DNA of 64,000 bases, from the NCBI GenBank assembly GCA_965222265.1, contig CBDCTP010000003.1:2246280-2310279 (forward strand). Direction: 5' to 3'. The notes under the pieces are model-generated. The model made no database searches. It was not told the DNA's origin and was given only the letters and a program-made list of their open reading frames with translations. The stretch's first letter is position 1; each line of letters opens with the position of its first letter. The position numbers and the translations under genes were made by a program. The DNA is from Vicinamibacterales bacterium (GTDB taxonomy: Bacteria; Acidobacteriota; Vicinamibacteria; Vicinamibacterales; UBA8438). Of the stretch, positions 20,402-29,248 are shown piece by piece.

Positions 20402-20572
20402 ATGCTCAGACTTCTCGAGCGCCTCGCTTCGTGGCAACTCGCCGCGCTGGCGGCGGCGTTGTTCGTGGTCGACCTCGCGATTCCGGACCCGCTGCCGTTT
20501 GTCGACGAGACCCTCCTGGCGGTGCTCACCTACCTGCTGGCGCGCCGCAAGCGCCGGCCGCCGCCGACGTGA
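20402..20572 (+). CDS. small membrane protein (56 aa), DUF6116-like
   Basis: Not in the ORF track, which seems to omit ORFs under 60 aa. I translated it by hand: MLRLLERLASWQLAALAAALFVVDLAIPDPLPFVDETLLAVLTYLLARRKRRPPPT. GGGGGAG lies 8 nt upstream. Confidence 0.4.
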   Translation: MLRLLERLASWQLAALAAALFVVDLAIPDPLPFVDETLLAVLTYLLARRKRRPPPT

Positions 20573-20606
20573 TCGGGGGCCCGCCGGCCTGCCGGGGGGT
20601 GCGCGG

Positions 20607-21968
20607 TCAGCCGGCGGTCGCCGTCGCACGGACCCGCGCGTCCAGGTCGGGCGGCGCCAGGAAGGCGTGCAGCTTGCGGCCGCGCCGCCGCCTGTCGAGC
20701 AGCCCGATCTCCGCCAGGTGGAACAGGTCGGCCCGGGCCGTGGCGTACGCGACGTTGTGGCTGGTCATGTGCGATCGCGTCGTGTATTCCTCGCTCGGGT
20801 AGCGGGCGGCGTGGGCGAGCAGCGCCAGTTGGCGGTGGTTGAGGTCGGTGCGGTGCCGGAGCAGCTGCTCAACGCGTTGCACCTGCGCCACCTTCCTGTC
20901 GATGTAGCGGTCGAGCTCGTCGATCGCCTGCAGAATCACGTCGACCTGATGCACGAGGAAGTACGTCACGTCGTTCGCGTCGGTCTCCGTGTGGAGGAAC
21001 GCCCGGGCGTACTGCGCTGGCGCCGCCTTCAGGAACGGGCTGATCGACACGAACTCGAACATCCAGTAGCTGCGGTGCAGCAGCGCCCAGTAGAAGAGCG
21101 CGCGCGCGGTGCGCCCGTTGCCGTCCGCGAACGGGTGGTCGTACGCGAGCCAGAAATGGAGTACGATGGCGCGGATGACCGGGTGCAGGAAGTGCGCGCC
21201 GGTCGCCCGCGGACCGTCATCCGCGCTGGCGAACTGCACCATCTCGCGCAGCCGCTCCGGTAACTGCTCCGCCGCCGGCGGGCGGTGGAGCACGAGCTCG
21301 TGGCGGGCATCGCACACCTCGACACGGTCGTCGGCCGGGTTCTGCAGCCGGCCGCCGGCGTCCGGATCGTCGAGCGTGCCATAAGTAACCGTGCGATGCA
21401 GCGCGAGCACCGTCTCGCACGTCAGCGGGCGTTCGCTGATCTCGCGAATCTCTCGCATGGCGAGGTAGTTGTTCAGGATCATCCGCTCGCTGCGATTCCG
21501 CGGGCGCCGGTTCGCCCGGATCATGCGGGTGGCCGCTGCGCGCGTCGTCGAGGCGCCCTCGAGCTGGCTCGATGTGATCGCTTCCTGAATCAGGGAGTTG
21601 ACGATGAACCGGTCGCGGGTCACCTTGTTCGTCACCGCCTTGGCCACGCCGATCCGACCGCTGGCGCGGCTGTCGATCAGGTGCAGCGCCTCCTGCACGC
21701 GGTCCGGGAGCATGTACGTGAACGGCCGCCCCCGCGCATCGCGGAGCGGGAGCGGCCGGGACTGCTGAGTCCGTGCCAACCGAATGCCGGTCCACCATTC
21801 GCTGGCGGACAAGTCGTGCGGTCGGGGGCGCTGTCGCCGCAGCGTGTCCCAGTGGAAGTAGCGGCCGTCCACGGTCGGCTGCATGGCCTGCGAGAGGATC
21901 GCCGACAGACGCTCCTGGTGCAGGTCGATCAGCTTCGTCAGCGGCGCCGGGGCGAGCGGTCTCTTCAT
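20607..21968 (-). CDS. Fic family protein (class II, N-terminal inhibitory motif), C-terminal wHTH-like region
   Basis: Fic core HPFADGNGRTARALFYW. An upstream SSQLEG fits the (S/T)xxxE(G/N) inhibitory helix. Start chosen at MKRPLAPAPL. Confidence 0.85.
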   Translation of the reverse strand: MKRPLAPAPLTKLIDLHQERLSAILSQAMQPTVDGRYFHWDTLRRQRPRPHDLSASEWWTGIRLARTQQSRPLPLRDARGRPFTYMLPDRVQEALHLIDSRASGRIGVAKAVTNKVTRDRFIVNSLIQEAITSSQLEGASTTRAAATRMIRANRRPRNRSERMILNNYLAMREIREISERPLTCETVLALHRTVTYGTLDDPDAGGRLQNPADDRVEVCDARHELVLHRPPAAEQLPERLREMVQFASADDGPRATGAHFLHPVIRAIVLHFWLAYDHPFADGNGRTARALFYWALLHRSYWMFEFVSISPFLKAAPAQYARAFLHTETDANDVTYFLVHQVDVILQAIDELDRYIDRKVAQVQRVEQLLRHRTDLNHRQLALLAHAARYPSEEYTTRSHMTSHNVAYATARADLFHLAEIGLLDRRRRGRKLHAFLAPPDLDARVRATATAG

Positions 21969-21994
21969 GGCCGTCTGATGTCGACAGCTACGCT

Positions 21995-22023
21995 GTTCAT
22001 CAATCTTAGGATAATTGATGAAC
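21995..22023. promoter_or_regulatory. perfect 10-bp inverted repeat GTTCATCAAT-N9-ATTGATGAAC in the Fic / Cld-like divergent intergenic region
   Basis: Read directly: gttcatcaat cttaggata attgatgaac, lying 27 nt upstream of the Fic ATG (21968) in an AT-rich spacer. Confidence 0.35.
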
Positions 22024-22070
22024 GGCGATGAAAGTACATCACCGCCACTCGGTATAGAATCGACACGACC

Positions 22071-22835
22071 TTGACGCAACCGGATCACGCCGACGCCTCA
22101 TCCGTTCCGGACCTCCTGGAGCACGGGGCGCCCGTGCGCGGGCAGCCGCAGACGCTGGATACGCGGCTGTTCGTGCAGTTCCTGGCGTTCACCGAATGCC
22201 TCGACACCGCCCCGGTGGTGGCGGCGTTCGAGCGGAGCGGCCTCGCCGGGGCCGTCTACGCGAACGTGAACGACCCGCGCGGCATCGCCGTGGTGACCAT
22301 GGACGAGGATCCGGCGCTCTTCGCCGGCCCGGTGCGCGCCCTGCTCACCGCGCCCCCCTTCAGCACGCTGACGCCGCTGCCGGCCTTCACGATGTTCGGG
22401 CGGACCTACGCGCAGGGCCGCGAGGCCGACCTCGAGGACTTTCTGCTCTACAAGGTCCGCCGCAGCGTGCTGAATCCGCGCAGGCCCTGGGCGGTCTGGT
22501 ACCCGCTGCGCCGCATCGGCGCGTACAACCGGCTGCCGCGCCCGGAGCAGGGGAGGATCATGATGGAGCACGGGATGCTCGGGCGCCGCTACGGCGAGGC
22601 CGGGTACGCCAGCGACGTGCGGCTCGAATGCCACGGCATCGATCGCGACGACAACGAGTTCGTCATCGGCCTGATCGGCGCCGAGCTGTACCCGCTGTCG
22701 AAGCTGGTCAAGGACATGCGGGCGACGCGGCAGACCGCCGAGTTCATCGCCTCGATGGGGCCCTTCTTCGTCGGCAGGACGCTGTTCCAGGCGCCGGTTC
22801 CGGAGCGGGCGCGGGCGCGGGCGGGCGGAGCATGA
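22071..22835 (+). CDS. chlorite dismutase family protein (Cld/HemQ-like)
   Basis: FVQFLAFTEC, GIAVVTMDEDP, MMEHGMLGRRYGEAGY, EFVIGLIGAELYPLSKLVKDMRATRQTAEF. TTG start. Confidence 0.78.
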   Translation: MTQPDHADASSVPDLLEHGAPVRGQPQTLDTRLFVQFLAFTECLDTAPVVAAFERSGLAGAVYANVNDPRGIAVVTMDEDPALFAGPVRALLTAPPFSTLTPLPAFTMFGRTYAQGREADLEDFLLYKVRRSVLNPRRPWAVWYPLRRIGAYNRLPRPEQGRIMMEHGMLGRRYGEAGYASDVRLECHGIDRDDNEFVIGLIGAELYPLSKLVKDMRATRQTAEFIASMGPFFVGRTLFQAPVPERARARAGGA

Positions 22836-24310
22836 CGCGCGGCCGCGAAGCCCTCGACCGGCTGCCGCTCCCCGAGATGAACCCGCGCGGGTTGATGCGC
22901 CACTTCGGGCCCGGCCTGATCCTGATGATGACCGGCGTCGGCACCAGCCACATGGTGACCGCCCCGGTGGCCGGCGGGCGGTTCGAGTACGCCCTGCTCT
23001 GGTGCATTCCGGTCGCGTACATCTTCAAGTACTACGGCTTCGAGATGGCGTTCCGGTTCACCAACGCCACCGGCCGCAGCATGCTCGACGCGTACACCAC
23101 GGCGCCCGGCAAGTGGCCGGTCTGGTACGTGCTGATCACCACCGTCGTCCAGTGCGCCCTGGGGCAGGCCGGGCGGCTGGCGGCGGCGGCGGCCGTGCTC
23201 TACTTCGTCGTCTCGCAGTACCTGGGCCTGGGCCTTCCGGCCTGGGTGTACGGACTGGGGCTCGGCCTGCTCTCGGTCAGCATCATCCTGTACGGACGCT
23301 ACGCGGCGGTGGAGCTGGCCACCAAGGTGCTGGCCGGCATGCTGTTCGTCTCGACGGTCGGCGTGTACCTGTTCCAGCCGGCCCCGCTGTCGGCGATGGG
23401 CCACTTCTTCACCGTCGAGACGCCGATCGGTTCCTGGCTGACCATCGCGGCCTTCCTCGGCCTGTTGCCGACCGGCATCGACGTGTCGCTGCAGGCCTCG
23501 GAGTGGGGCAAGGCGAAGCGGGTGGGGATGGGGCGCATCCGCGAGCAGATGGAGGCGGACGGGTTGGCCCGGCGCTTCGACGCGTTCGGACCGCGGCTGG
23601 AGGACCTGACGGTGGACGTCTCGAAGCTGCCGGCGCACGCGCAGGAGTACTGCCGGCGCTGGTTCCGCATCGGGATCTGGGACTTCTCGCTGGGCCACGT
23701 GGTGTCGTTCATCCTGGCCTCGATCTTCCTGCTGCTGGCCGCCGTCTGGCTCTATCCGAGCGAGGTGGCCGGCAACGCGGTGATCGGCGAGATCGCCCGC
23801 ATCTTCACGGACAGCATCGGCCCCGGGATGATGCTGGTCTTCCTGCTGGGCGCCTTCGCGGCCACCTTCTCGACCGCGTTCAACTACTTCGACGGCTGGC
23901 CCCGCGTGGTCGCGGCCTGCTGCCGCAACCTGTTCCGGAGCACGGCGGCGTTGCCGGGCATTGCCGCCGACGAGCTGACCGACGGCAAACGCGGGACGCC
24001 GGTCTCCGAGTACAACATCTACCGCATCACGATGCTCTACTCGCTCGTGGCTTCCGTCCTCATCATGGTGGGGTTGCCGCGCCCGGTGTTCCTCGTGCTG
24101 GTCTCGTCGGCGCTCGCGCTGTTCATCGCGCCGGTCATATACTTCCTGAACCTGTACTACTGCGTGACGGTGATTCCGAAGACCGACACGGTGTTCTATC
24201 CGTCGCTGGCCGTCCGCGCCTTCGCGTGGTTCAGCCTGGCCGTCTTCACCGCCCTGACCGCGATCGTCATCCTGGCACGCGTGTTCAACGTCACGTTGTT
24301 CGGAGCATGA
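22832..24310 (+). CDS. NRAMP-family divalent metal cation transporter
   Basis: The ATG overlaps the Cld-like stop (ATGA). FGPGLILMMTGVGTSHMVTAPVAGGRFEYALLW is followed by about 11 TM segments. Confidence 0.82.
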   Translation: MTRGREALDRLPLPEMNPRGLMRHFGPGLILMMTGVGTSHMVTAPVAGGRFEYALLWCIPVAYIFKYYGFEMAFRFTNATGRSMLDAYTTAPGKWPVWYVLITTVVQCALGQAGRLAAAAAVLYFVVSQYLGLGLPAWVYGLGLGLLSVSIILYGRYAAVELATKVLAGMLFVSTVGVYLFQPAPLSAMGHFFTVETPIGSWLTIAAFLGLLPTGIDVSLQASEWGKAKRVGMGRIREQMEADGLARRFDAFGPRLEDLTVDVSKLPAHAQEYCRRWFRIGIWDFSLGHVVSFILASIFLLLAAVWLYPSEVAGNAVIGEIARIFTDSIGPGMMLVFLLGAFAATFSTAFNYFDGWPRVVAACCRNLFRSTAALPGIAADELTDGKRGTPVSEYNIYRITMLYSLVASVLIMVGLPRPVFLVLVSSALALFIAPVIYFLNLYYCVTVIPKTDTVFYPSLAVRAFAWFSLAVFTALTAIVILARVFNVTLFGA

Positions 24311-24323
24311 CGAGGTCGGCCGC

Positions 24324-25328
24324 TTGAAGGTCTGCGTCGTCGGAGCGGGCGCCATCGGCGGCTACATGGCCGTGCGCCTCGCGCACGCGGGGCACGAGGT
24401 GGCGGTCGTCGCGCGCGGGGCCCACCTGGCGGCGATTCGCGAGCGGGGGCTGACGCTGGTCGAGGCCGACGAGGAGCTGACGGCGGCGCCCGCGGCGGCG
24501 ACCGACCGGATCGGCGACCTCGGCCCCCAGGACCTCGTGCTGCTCGCGCTCAAGGCCCACCAGATCGTGGCGGTCGTCGACGAGCTGCCGGCCCTGCTCG
24601 GTCCCGGGACGGTCCTCGTGACCCTGCAGAACGGCGTCCCCTGGTGGTACTTCCAGAAGCTGGACGGCGAGTTCGCGGGCCGCGTGGTGACCGCGGTCGA
24701 CCCGCGCGGCGTCCTGTTCGACCGCATCGATCCGGACCGCCTGATCGGCTGCATCGCCTATCCGGCGGCCGTCGTCGCCCGGCCGGGCGTCATCCGCCAC
24801 ATCGAGGGCAACCGGTTTCCGGTCGGCGAGCTCGACGGGCGCGAGACCGAGCGCGTGCGGCGGGTCTCGGCGGTGTTCACGGAGGCCGGCTTCAAGGCGC
24901 GCATCCTCGACGACATCCGGTCGGAGATCTGGCTGAAGCTGTGGGGCAACCTGACGTTCAACCCGATCAGCGCGCTGACGCACGCCACGCTGGTCGATAT
25001 CTGCCGCTTCCCGCTGTCGCGGGAGTTGGCGGCGGCGATGATGACCGAGGCGCAGGCGGTGGGCGAGCGCCTGGGCGCCGGGTTCCGGGTGCCGCTGGAG
25101 CGGCGCATCGACGGGGCGGAGGCGGTCGGGCGGCACAAGACGTCGATGCTGCAGGACGTGGAGGCGGGCAAGCCGCTCGAGATCGACGGCATGCTGGGTG
25201 CGGTCGTCGAGCTCGCCGAGCTCACCGGCATCGCGGTGCCGACCCTGCGGGCGCTCTACGCGTGCGTGAGCCTCCTGGACCGGACGATCCGCGACGAGGG
25301 GATGCGGATAGCCGGTGCTCCCCGCTAG
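24324..25328 (+). CDS. panE: 2-dehydropantoate 2-reductase (ketopantoate reductase family)
   Basis: MKVCVVGAGAIGGYMAVRLAHAGHEV Rossmann N-terminus, KLWGNLTFNPISALT, and TSMLQDVEAGKPLEID. Confidence 0.85.
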   Translation: MKVCVVGAGAIGGYMAVRLAHAGHEVAVVARGAHLAAIRERGLTLVEADEELTAAPAAATDRIGDLGPQDLVLLALKAHQIVAVVDELPALLGPGTVLVTLQNGVPWWYFQKLDGEFAGRVVTAVDPRGVLFDRIDPDRLIGCIAYPAAVVARPGVIRHIEGNRFPVGELDGRETERVRRVSAVFTEAGFKARILDDIRSEIWLKLWGNLTFNPISALTHATLVDICRFPLSRELAAAMMTEAQAVGERLGAGFRVPLERRIDGAEAVGRHKTSMLQDVEAGKPLEIDGMLGAVVELAELTGIAVPTLRALYACVSLLDRTIRDEGMRIAGAPR

Positions 25329-25329
25329 C

Positions 25330-25425
25330 ACGGCGCGCACGGCGCGCCTCGGCGGGAGCGGCGCGGGGCTGTGGGGTCCCCGCAAGCGGACGCCGGGGGT
25401 TCGGGGCGCAGCCCCGTCTGACTGA
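25330..25425 (+). repeat. structured intergenic repeat, copy B
   Basis: cacggcgcgcacggcgcgcctcggcgggagcggcgcggggctgtggggtccccgcaagcggacgccgggggttcggggcgcagccccgtctgactga. Flanked by CGCTAGC at 25323-25329 and 25426-25432. Confidence 0.95.
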
Positions 25426-25442
25426 CGCTAGCGGAGAGGTAG

Positions 25443-26687
25443 ATGAAGGCGCTCGAGGGAGTTCGGGTTCTCGACATGACGCACGTGCAGTCCGGTCCGA
25501 GCTGCACGCAGTTGCTGGCCTGGTTCGGGGCCGATGTCATCAAGGTGGAGCGGCCGGGCACCGGCGACGCCACGCGCCACCAGCTGCGCGACGTTCCCGA
25601 CGTCGACAGCCTCTACTTCACGATGCTCAACCACAACAAGCGCAGCCTCACGCTCGATACCAAGCGCGAGCGGGGCAAGGCGCTGTTCGCGCGGCTGCTC
25701 GAGATTTCCGACGTGCTGACGGAGAACTTCGCGCCCGGCGCGCTCGACCGGATGGGCTTCTCCTGGGAGCGCATCCAGGCGATCAACCCGCGCCTCATCT
25801 ACGCCTCCGTCAAGGGGTTCGGGCGGGGGCCGTACGAGCGCTACAAGGTCTACGAGAACATCGCGCAGTGCGCGGGCGGGGGCGCCAGCACGACCGGCTT
25901 CGACGACGGGCCCCCGACGGTGAGCGGCGCCCAGATCGGCGACTCCGGCACGGGGCTGCACCTGGCGCTCGGCATCGTGACGGCGCTCTTCCAGCGCGAG
26001 CGGACCGGCCGCGGCCAGCGCATCGTGTGCGCGATGCAGGACGCGGTGCTGAACCTGTGCCGTGTCAAGCTGCGCGACCAGCAGCGTCTGGCGCACGGGC
26101 CGCTGACGGAGTACCCGCAGTACCCCTACGGGACGTTCGGCGACGCCGCCCCGCGGGCCGGCAACGCGTCCGGGGGAGGGCAGCCCGGCTCGGTGCTCAA
26201 GTGCAAGGGCTGGGAGGACGACCCCGACGCGTACGTCTACGTCATCGCGCAGGCGTCGGCGTTCGACGGGCTGGCGCGCGTGGTCGGGCGGGCGGACTGG
26301 CTGGAGGATCCGGAGTGGAACACGCCCGGAGCGCGGCTGGCCAAGCTCGACCAGGTCTTCGACGCCATCGAGCAGTGGACCCTGACGAAGACCAAGTTCG
26401 AGGTCATGGAGATTCTCACGCCGCTCAAGGTGCCGTGCGGGCCGGTGCTGTCGATGCGGGAGCTGGCCGAGGACCCGGCGCTGCGCGCCACGGCGACCAT
26501 CGTCGAGGTCGACCACCCGGCCCGCGGGCGGCACCTGTCCGTGGGGTGTCCCATCAAGCTGTCGGATTCGCCGGTGGAGGTCACGCGCTCGCCGCTGCTC
26601 GGCGAGCATACGGAGGAGATCCTGACGGGTCTGCTCGGCCTGGACGAGGCGGCCCTGGCCGCCACCAAGGCCGACGGCGCGGTATAG
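25443..26687 (+). CDS. frc: formyl-CoA:oxalate CoA-transferase
   Basis: Collinear with Oxalobacter Frc over the whole length: [123 protein letters not shown]. Confidence 0.9.
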   Translation: MKALEGVRVLDMTHVQSGPSCTQLLAWFGADVIKVERPGTGDATRHQLRDVPDVDSLYFTMLNHNKRSLTLDTKRERGKALFARLLEISDVLTENFAPGALDRMGFSWERIQAINPRLIYASVKGFGRGPYERYKVYENIAQCAGGGASTTGFDDGPPTVSGAQIGDSGTGLHLALGIVTALFQRERTGRGQRIVCAMQDAVLNLCRVKLRDQQRLAHGPLTEYPQYPYGTFGDAAPRAGNASGGGQPGSVLKCKGWEDDPDAYVYVIAQASAFDGLARVVGRADWLEDPEWNTPGARLAKLDQVFDAIEQWTLTKTKFEVMEILTPLKVPCGPVLSMRELAEDPALRATATIVEVDHPARGRHLSVGCPIKLSDSPVEVTRSPLLGEHTEEILTGLLGLDEAALAATKADGAV

Positions 26688-26709
26688 GAGGCGGTACAGG
26701 AGCTGGACC

Positions 26710-27594
26710 ATGAAACACGCCAACGCTCTCGCGCGGGTCCCCGTCACGCTGGCGCTGGCGGCCGGCGCCGTCGTTCCGGCCGCGTCGTCCTCGGGCCTGG
26801 AGGTGTCGCATCGCGCGCGCGCCCTGCACCCCGGCGAGGTGGTCGTGATCGAGGTGCGGCCGTCGCTGACGCCGCTGTCGGTGGAGGCCACCGCCTTCGG
26901 CCACGAGGTGCGCTTCTTCGAGGGGGAGTCGGACGGGGTCTGGCGCGGCCTCGTCGGCATCGACCTGACGGTGGAGCCGGGCGCCTACGACGTCGCGGTG
27001 CGGGCCGCGATCGGCACCGGTGCGGCGGTGCACGCCACCTACACGCTCGAGGTCGAGCCCAAGGAGTTTCCGACGCGCCACCTGCGCGTCAATCCGAGCT
27101 TCGTGGACCCGCCGCAGGAGGTGATCGACCGCATCCTGCGCGAGGCGGACGAGGTGGCGGCGATCTTCCGCGGCGCCAGCCCCGAGCGGCTGTGGCAGGG
27201 CGGGTTCGCGGCGCCCGTGCCGGGCCGGCCGACCAGCAGCTTCGGCCGCCGCAGCGTCTACAACGGCCAGCCGCGGAGCCCGCACAGCGGGACCGATTTC
27301 CGGGCCGGCACGGGCGTGCCGATCAAGGCGCCGAACGCGGCGACCGTCGTCCTGACGGGCGATCTCTACTTCTCCGGCCAGGTGGTGATCCTCGACCACG
27401 GCTGGGGGCTGTACTCGTACTTCGCCCACCTCTCGGCGGTCGACGTCGCCGCGGGCGACGTGGTGACCCGCGGCCAGGTCGTCGGGCGGGTCGGCGCGAC
27501 GGGGCGCGTCACCGGGGCGCACCTGCACTGGACCGTACGCCTGAACGACGCCCGCGTCGACCCGCTGTCGCTGATGGAGCTGCTCGCAGACTGA
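26710..27594 (+). CDS. M23 family metallopeptidase
   Basis: HSGTDFRAGTGVPIKAPNAATVV, ILDHGWGLYSYFAHLS, GRVGATGRVTGAHLHWTVRLN. Confidence 0.88.
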   Translation: MKHANALARVPVTLALAAGAVVPAASSSGLEVSHRARALHPGEVVVIEVRPSLTPLSVEATAFGHEVRFFEGESDGVWRGLVGIDLTVEPGAYDVAVRAAIGTGAAVHATYTLEVEPKEFPTRHLRVNPSFVDPPQEVIDRILREADEVAAIFRGASPERLWQGGFAAPVPGRPTSSFGRRSVYNGQPRSPHSGTDFRAGTGVPIKAPNAATVVLTGDLYFSGQVVILDHGWGLYSYFAHLSAVDVAAGDVVTRGQVVGRVGATGRVTGAHLHWTVRLNDARVDPLSLMELLAD

Positions 27595-27697
27595 CCTCGC
27601 GCGCGCACGTCCAGCGCTGACGGCACCCCGGCAGGTCGAGCCGCCTACCTGAGCGGCGGGCTTGCGACAGACGTCAGGAAGGGCACCACCGCAGGCG

Positions 27698-28909
27698 TTA
27701 GCTCGGGTCGCCCACCGGCGGCAGAAAGCTCAGCATCCGCTCGCTCCGCGGCCGGTACGTACCCCCGCTCAACTCGATGAGACCCTCCTGCAGAAGCCAG
27801 TTGATGTCGCGCGTGAGCGTCTTGTCGGTCTTGCCTGCGTAGAGGGCGGCCACCGTTGGATTGAGACCACGGAGATCCGCTCTTGGGGGCGGCACCTGCT
27901 GATTGCTCAGCGCCAAGACCAGTTCGAGACGGCGGTGGAGCGCCGGCGACCGCCGCTTCGCCCGGAAAATGCCGAAAACGAAATGCTGCCACGCGATGGA
28001 CAATTGGATGACGTTGACGTATTCACACTGCTCCACTAGGCCATCGACGAAGCCTTGCAACGCATACAGAACGAATTCGATGGGGTCACCCTGACCGCTG
28101 TTCGCTCGGCTCGCCCGATCGAGCTGCCGGTAGTAGTCGGTACGCGTTCGATTGTAGTGATTACTCAGCACGTGTGCCGACGTCAGCGGAACCCCGGCAT
28201 TGGCCAACAGCATGAGTTCGACCAGACGCGCCGTACGGCCGTTGCCGTCGCCGAAGGGGTGAATCCATGCGATGTACAGGTGAGCGACGATCGCCTTGAA
28301 GATGGCCACCGCCACCCGGTTCTCACGCGGTTGGCCGAACACCGGCGGCAGCTGTTCTCCGTTCAGCCACTCGCAGAGCCGATCCAAGAGAAACGCACAG
28401 TCCGCACGAGGAGCCCCCCGATAGTGACCGACGCCCACGACGCTTGTTGGAATCTCGCCGGGAACGACCCCGTCTTCCAGGTGTTCATCGAGACCTTGCA
28501 GCACTCGTCGATTGCAGTCCGCAATCCATTCCGGAGTCAGCTGGATCTGGCCCCCGCTGACAATGGTGGCCTCGATGTCGTTGCAGGCTTGCACGACGTT
28601 GTCTACCTCCTGACCCAGGTATTCCTGCGATGGTGGCAGTCGACGCCGGCCTTCGAGACGGTCACGGATTTGCTCCTCGCTGAGCGTGTTGCCCTCGATC
28701 GCCGTTGTCGCCTGCGCCCCCTTGATCAGGTATAGGCTCTGCATCGTCTGCGCGTTGCCGGGCGGTAGTGCGGCGGCGGCGATCTGTCCGCAGCGGGCCA
28801 CCGCTTGGCCAAGCAACACCCAGAGACGGTGTCCTGCGGGACGGAGATCCAGCTCGAACGTGATCCACGGGTGGCTGCGCTCGTAGGCGCGGACGTTCAT
28901 TGAGGCCAT
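27698..28909 (-). CDS. Fic family protein (class II), C-terminal wHTH-like region
   Basis: Fic core HPFGDGNGRTARLVELM. An upstream TTAIEGN fits the inhibitory motif. The alternative ATG at 28900 has a better-spaced AAGGA. Confidence 0.85.
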   Translation of the reverse strand: MASMNVRAYERSHPWITFELDLRPAGHRLWVLLGQAVARCGQIAAAALPPGNAQTMQSLYLIKGAQATTAIEGNTLSEEQIRDRLEGRRRLPPSQEYLGQEVDNVVQACNDIEATIVSGGQIQLTPEWIADCNRRVLQGLDEHLEDGVVPGEIPTSVVGVGHYRGAPRADCAFLLDRLCEWLNGEQLPPVFGQPRENRVAVAIFKAIVAHLYIAWIHPFGDGNGRTARLVELMLLANAGVPLTSAHVLSNHYNRTRTDYYRQLDRASRANSGQGDPIEFVLYALQGFVDGLVEQCEYVNVIQLSIAWQHFVFGIFRAKRRSPALHRRLELVLALSNQQVPPPRADLRGLNPTVAALYAGKTDKTLTRDINWLLQEGLIELSGGTYRPRSERMLSFLPPVGDPS

Positions 28910-29248
28910 CCTTGGTGCTCCAAGTTCAGAATATCGGCACCGCCTGTTGATTATAGTGCGTAAATTGTCCCATAGAGTGTCTCGTAGGATGTCCCATGTC
29001 GTCAGGGGGCACCGCGCCGAGACGGCTTGGCTCGACGGCAAGGCTGAAAGAACGTCGGGCTGATGTAGGGATACTCGAGTGCGTGCCTGCACCTGGTGCG
29101 TAGGGATTGCGAAGCGGATCCACGAGGGGCAGCTTGCGTCAACGATGCCCGTGAAATCATGCTCGACGTCCGGCGTCTCTCATCACGACGTCTCGTATCG
29201 CAGAACAGCGTTGCGCCCGCCGGGTCGGTTAGACTGGGCTCCGGCTTG

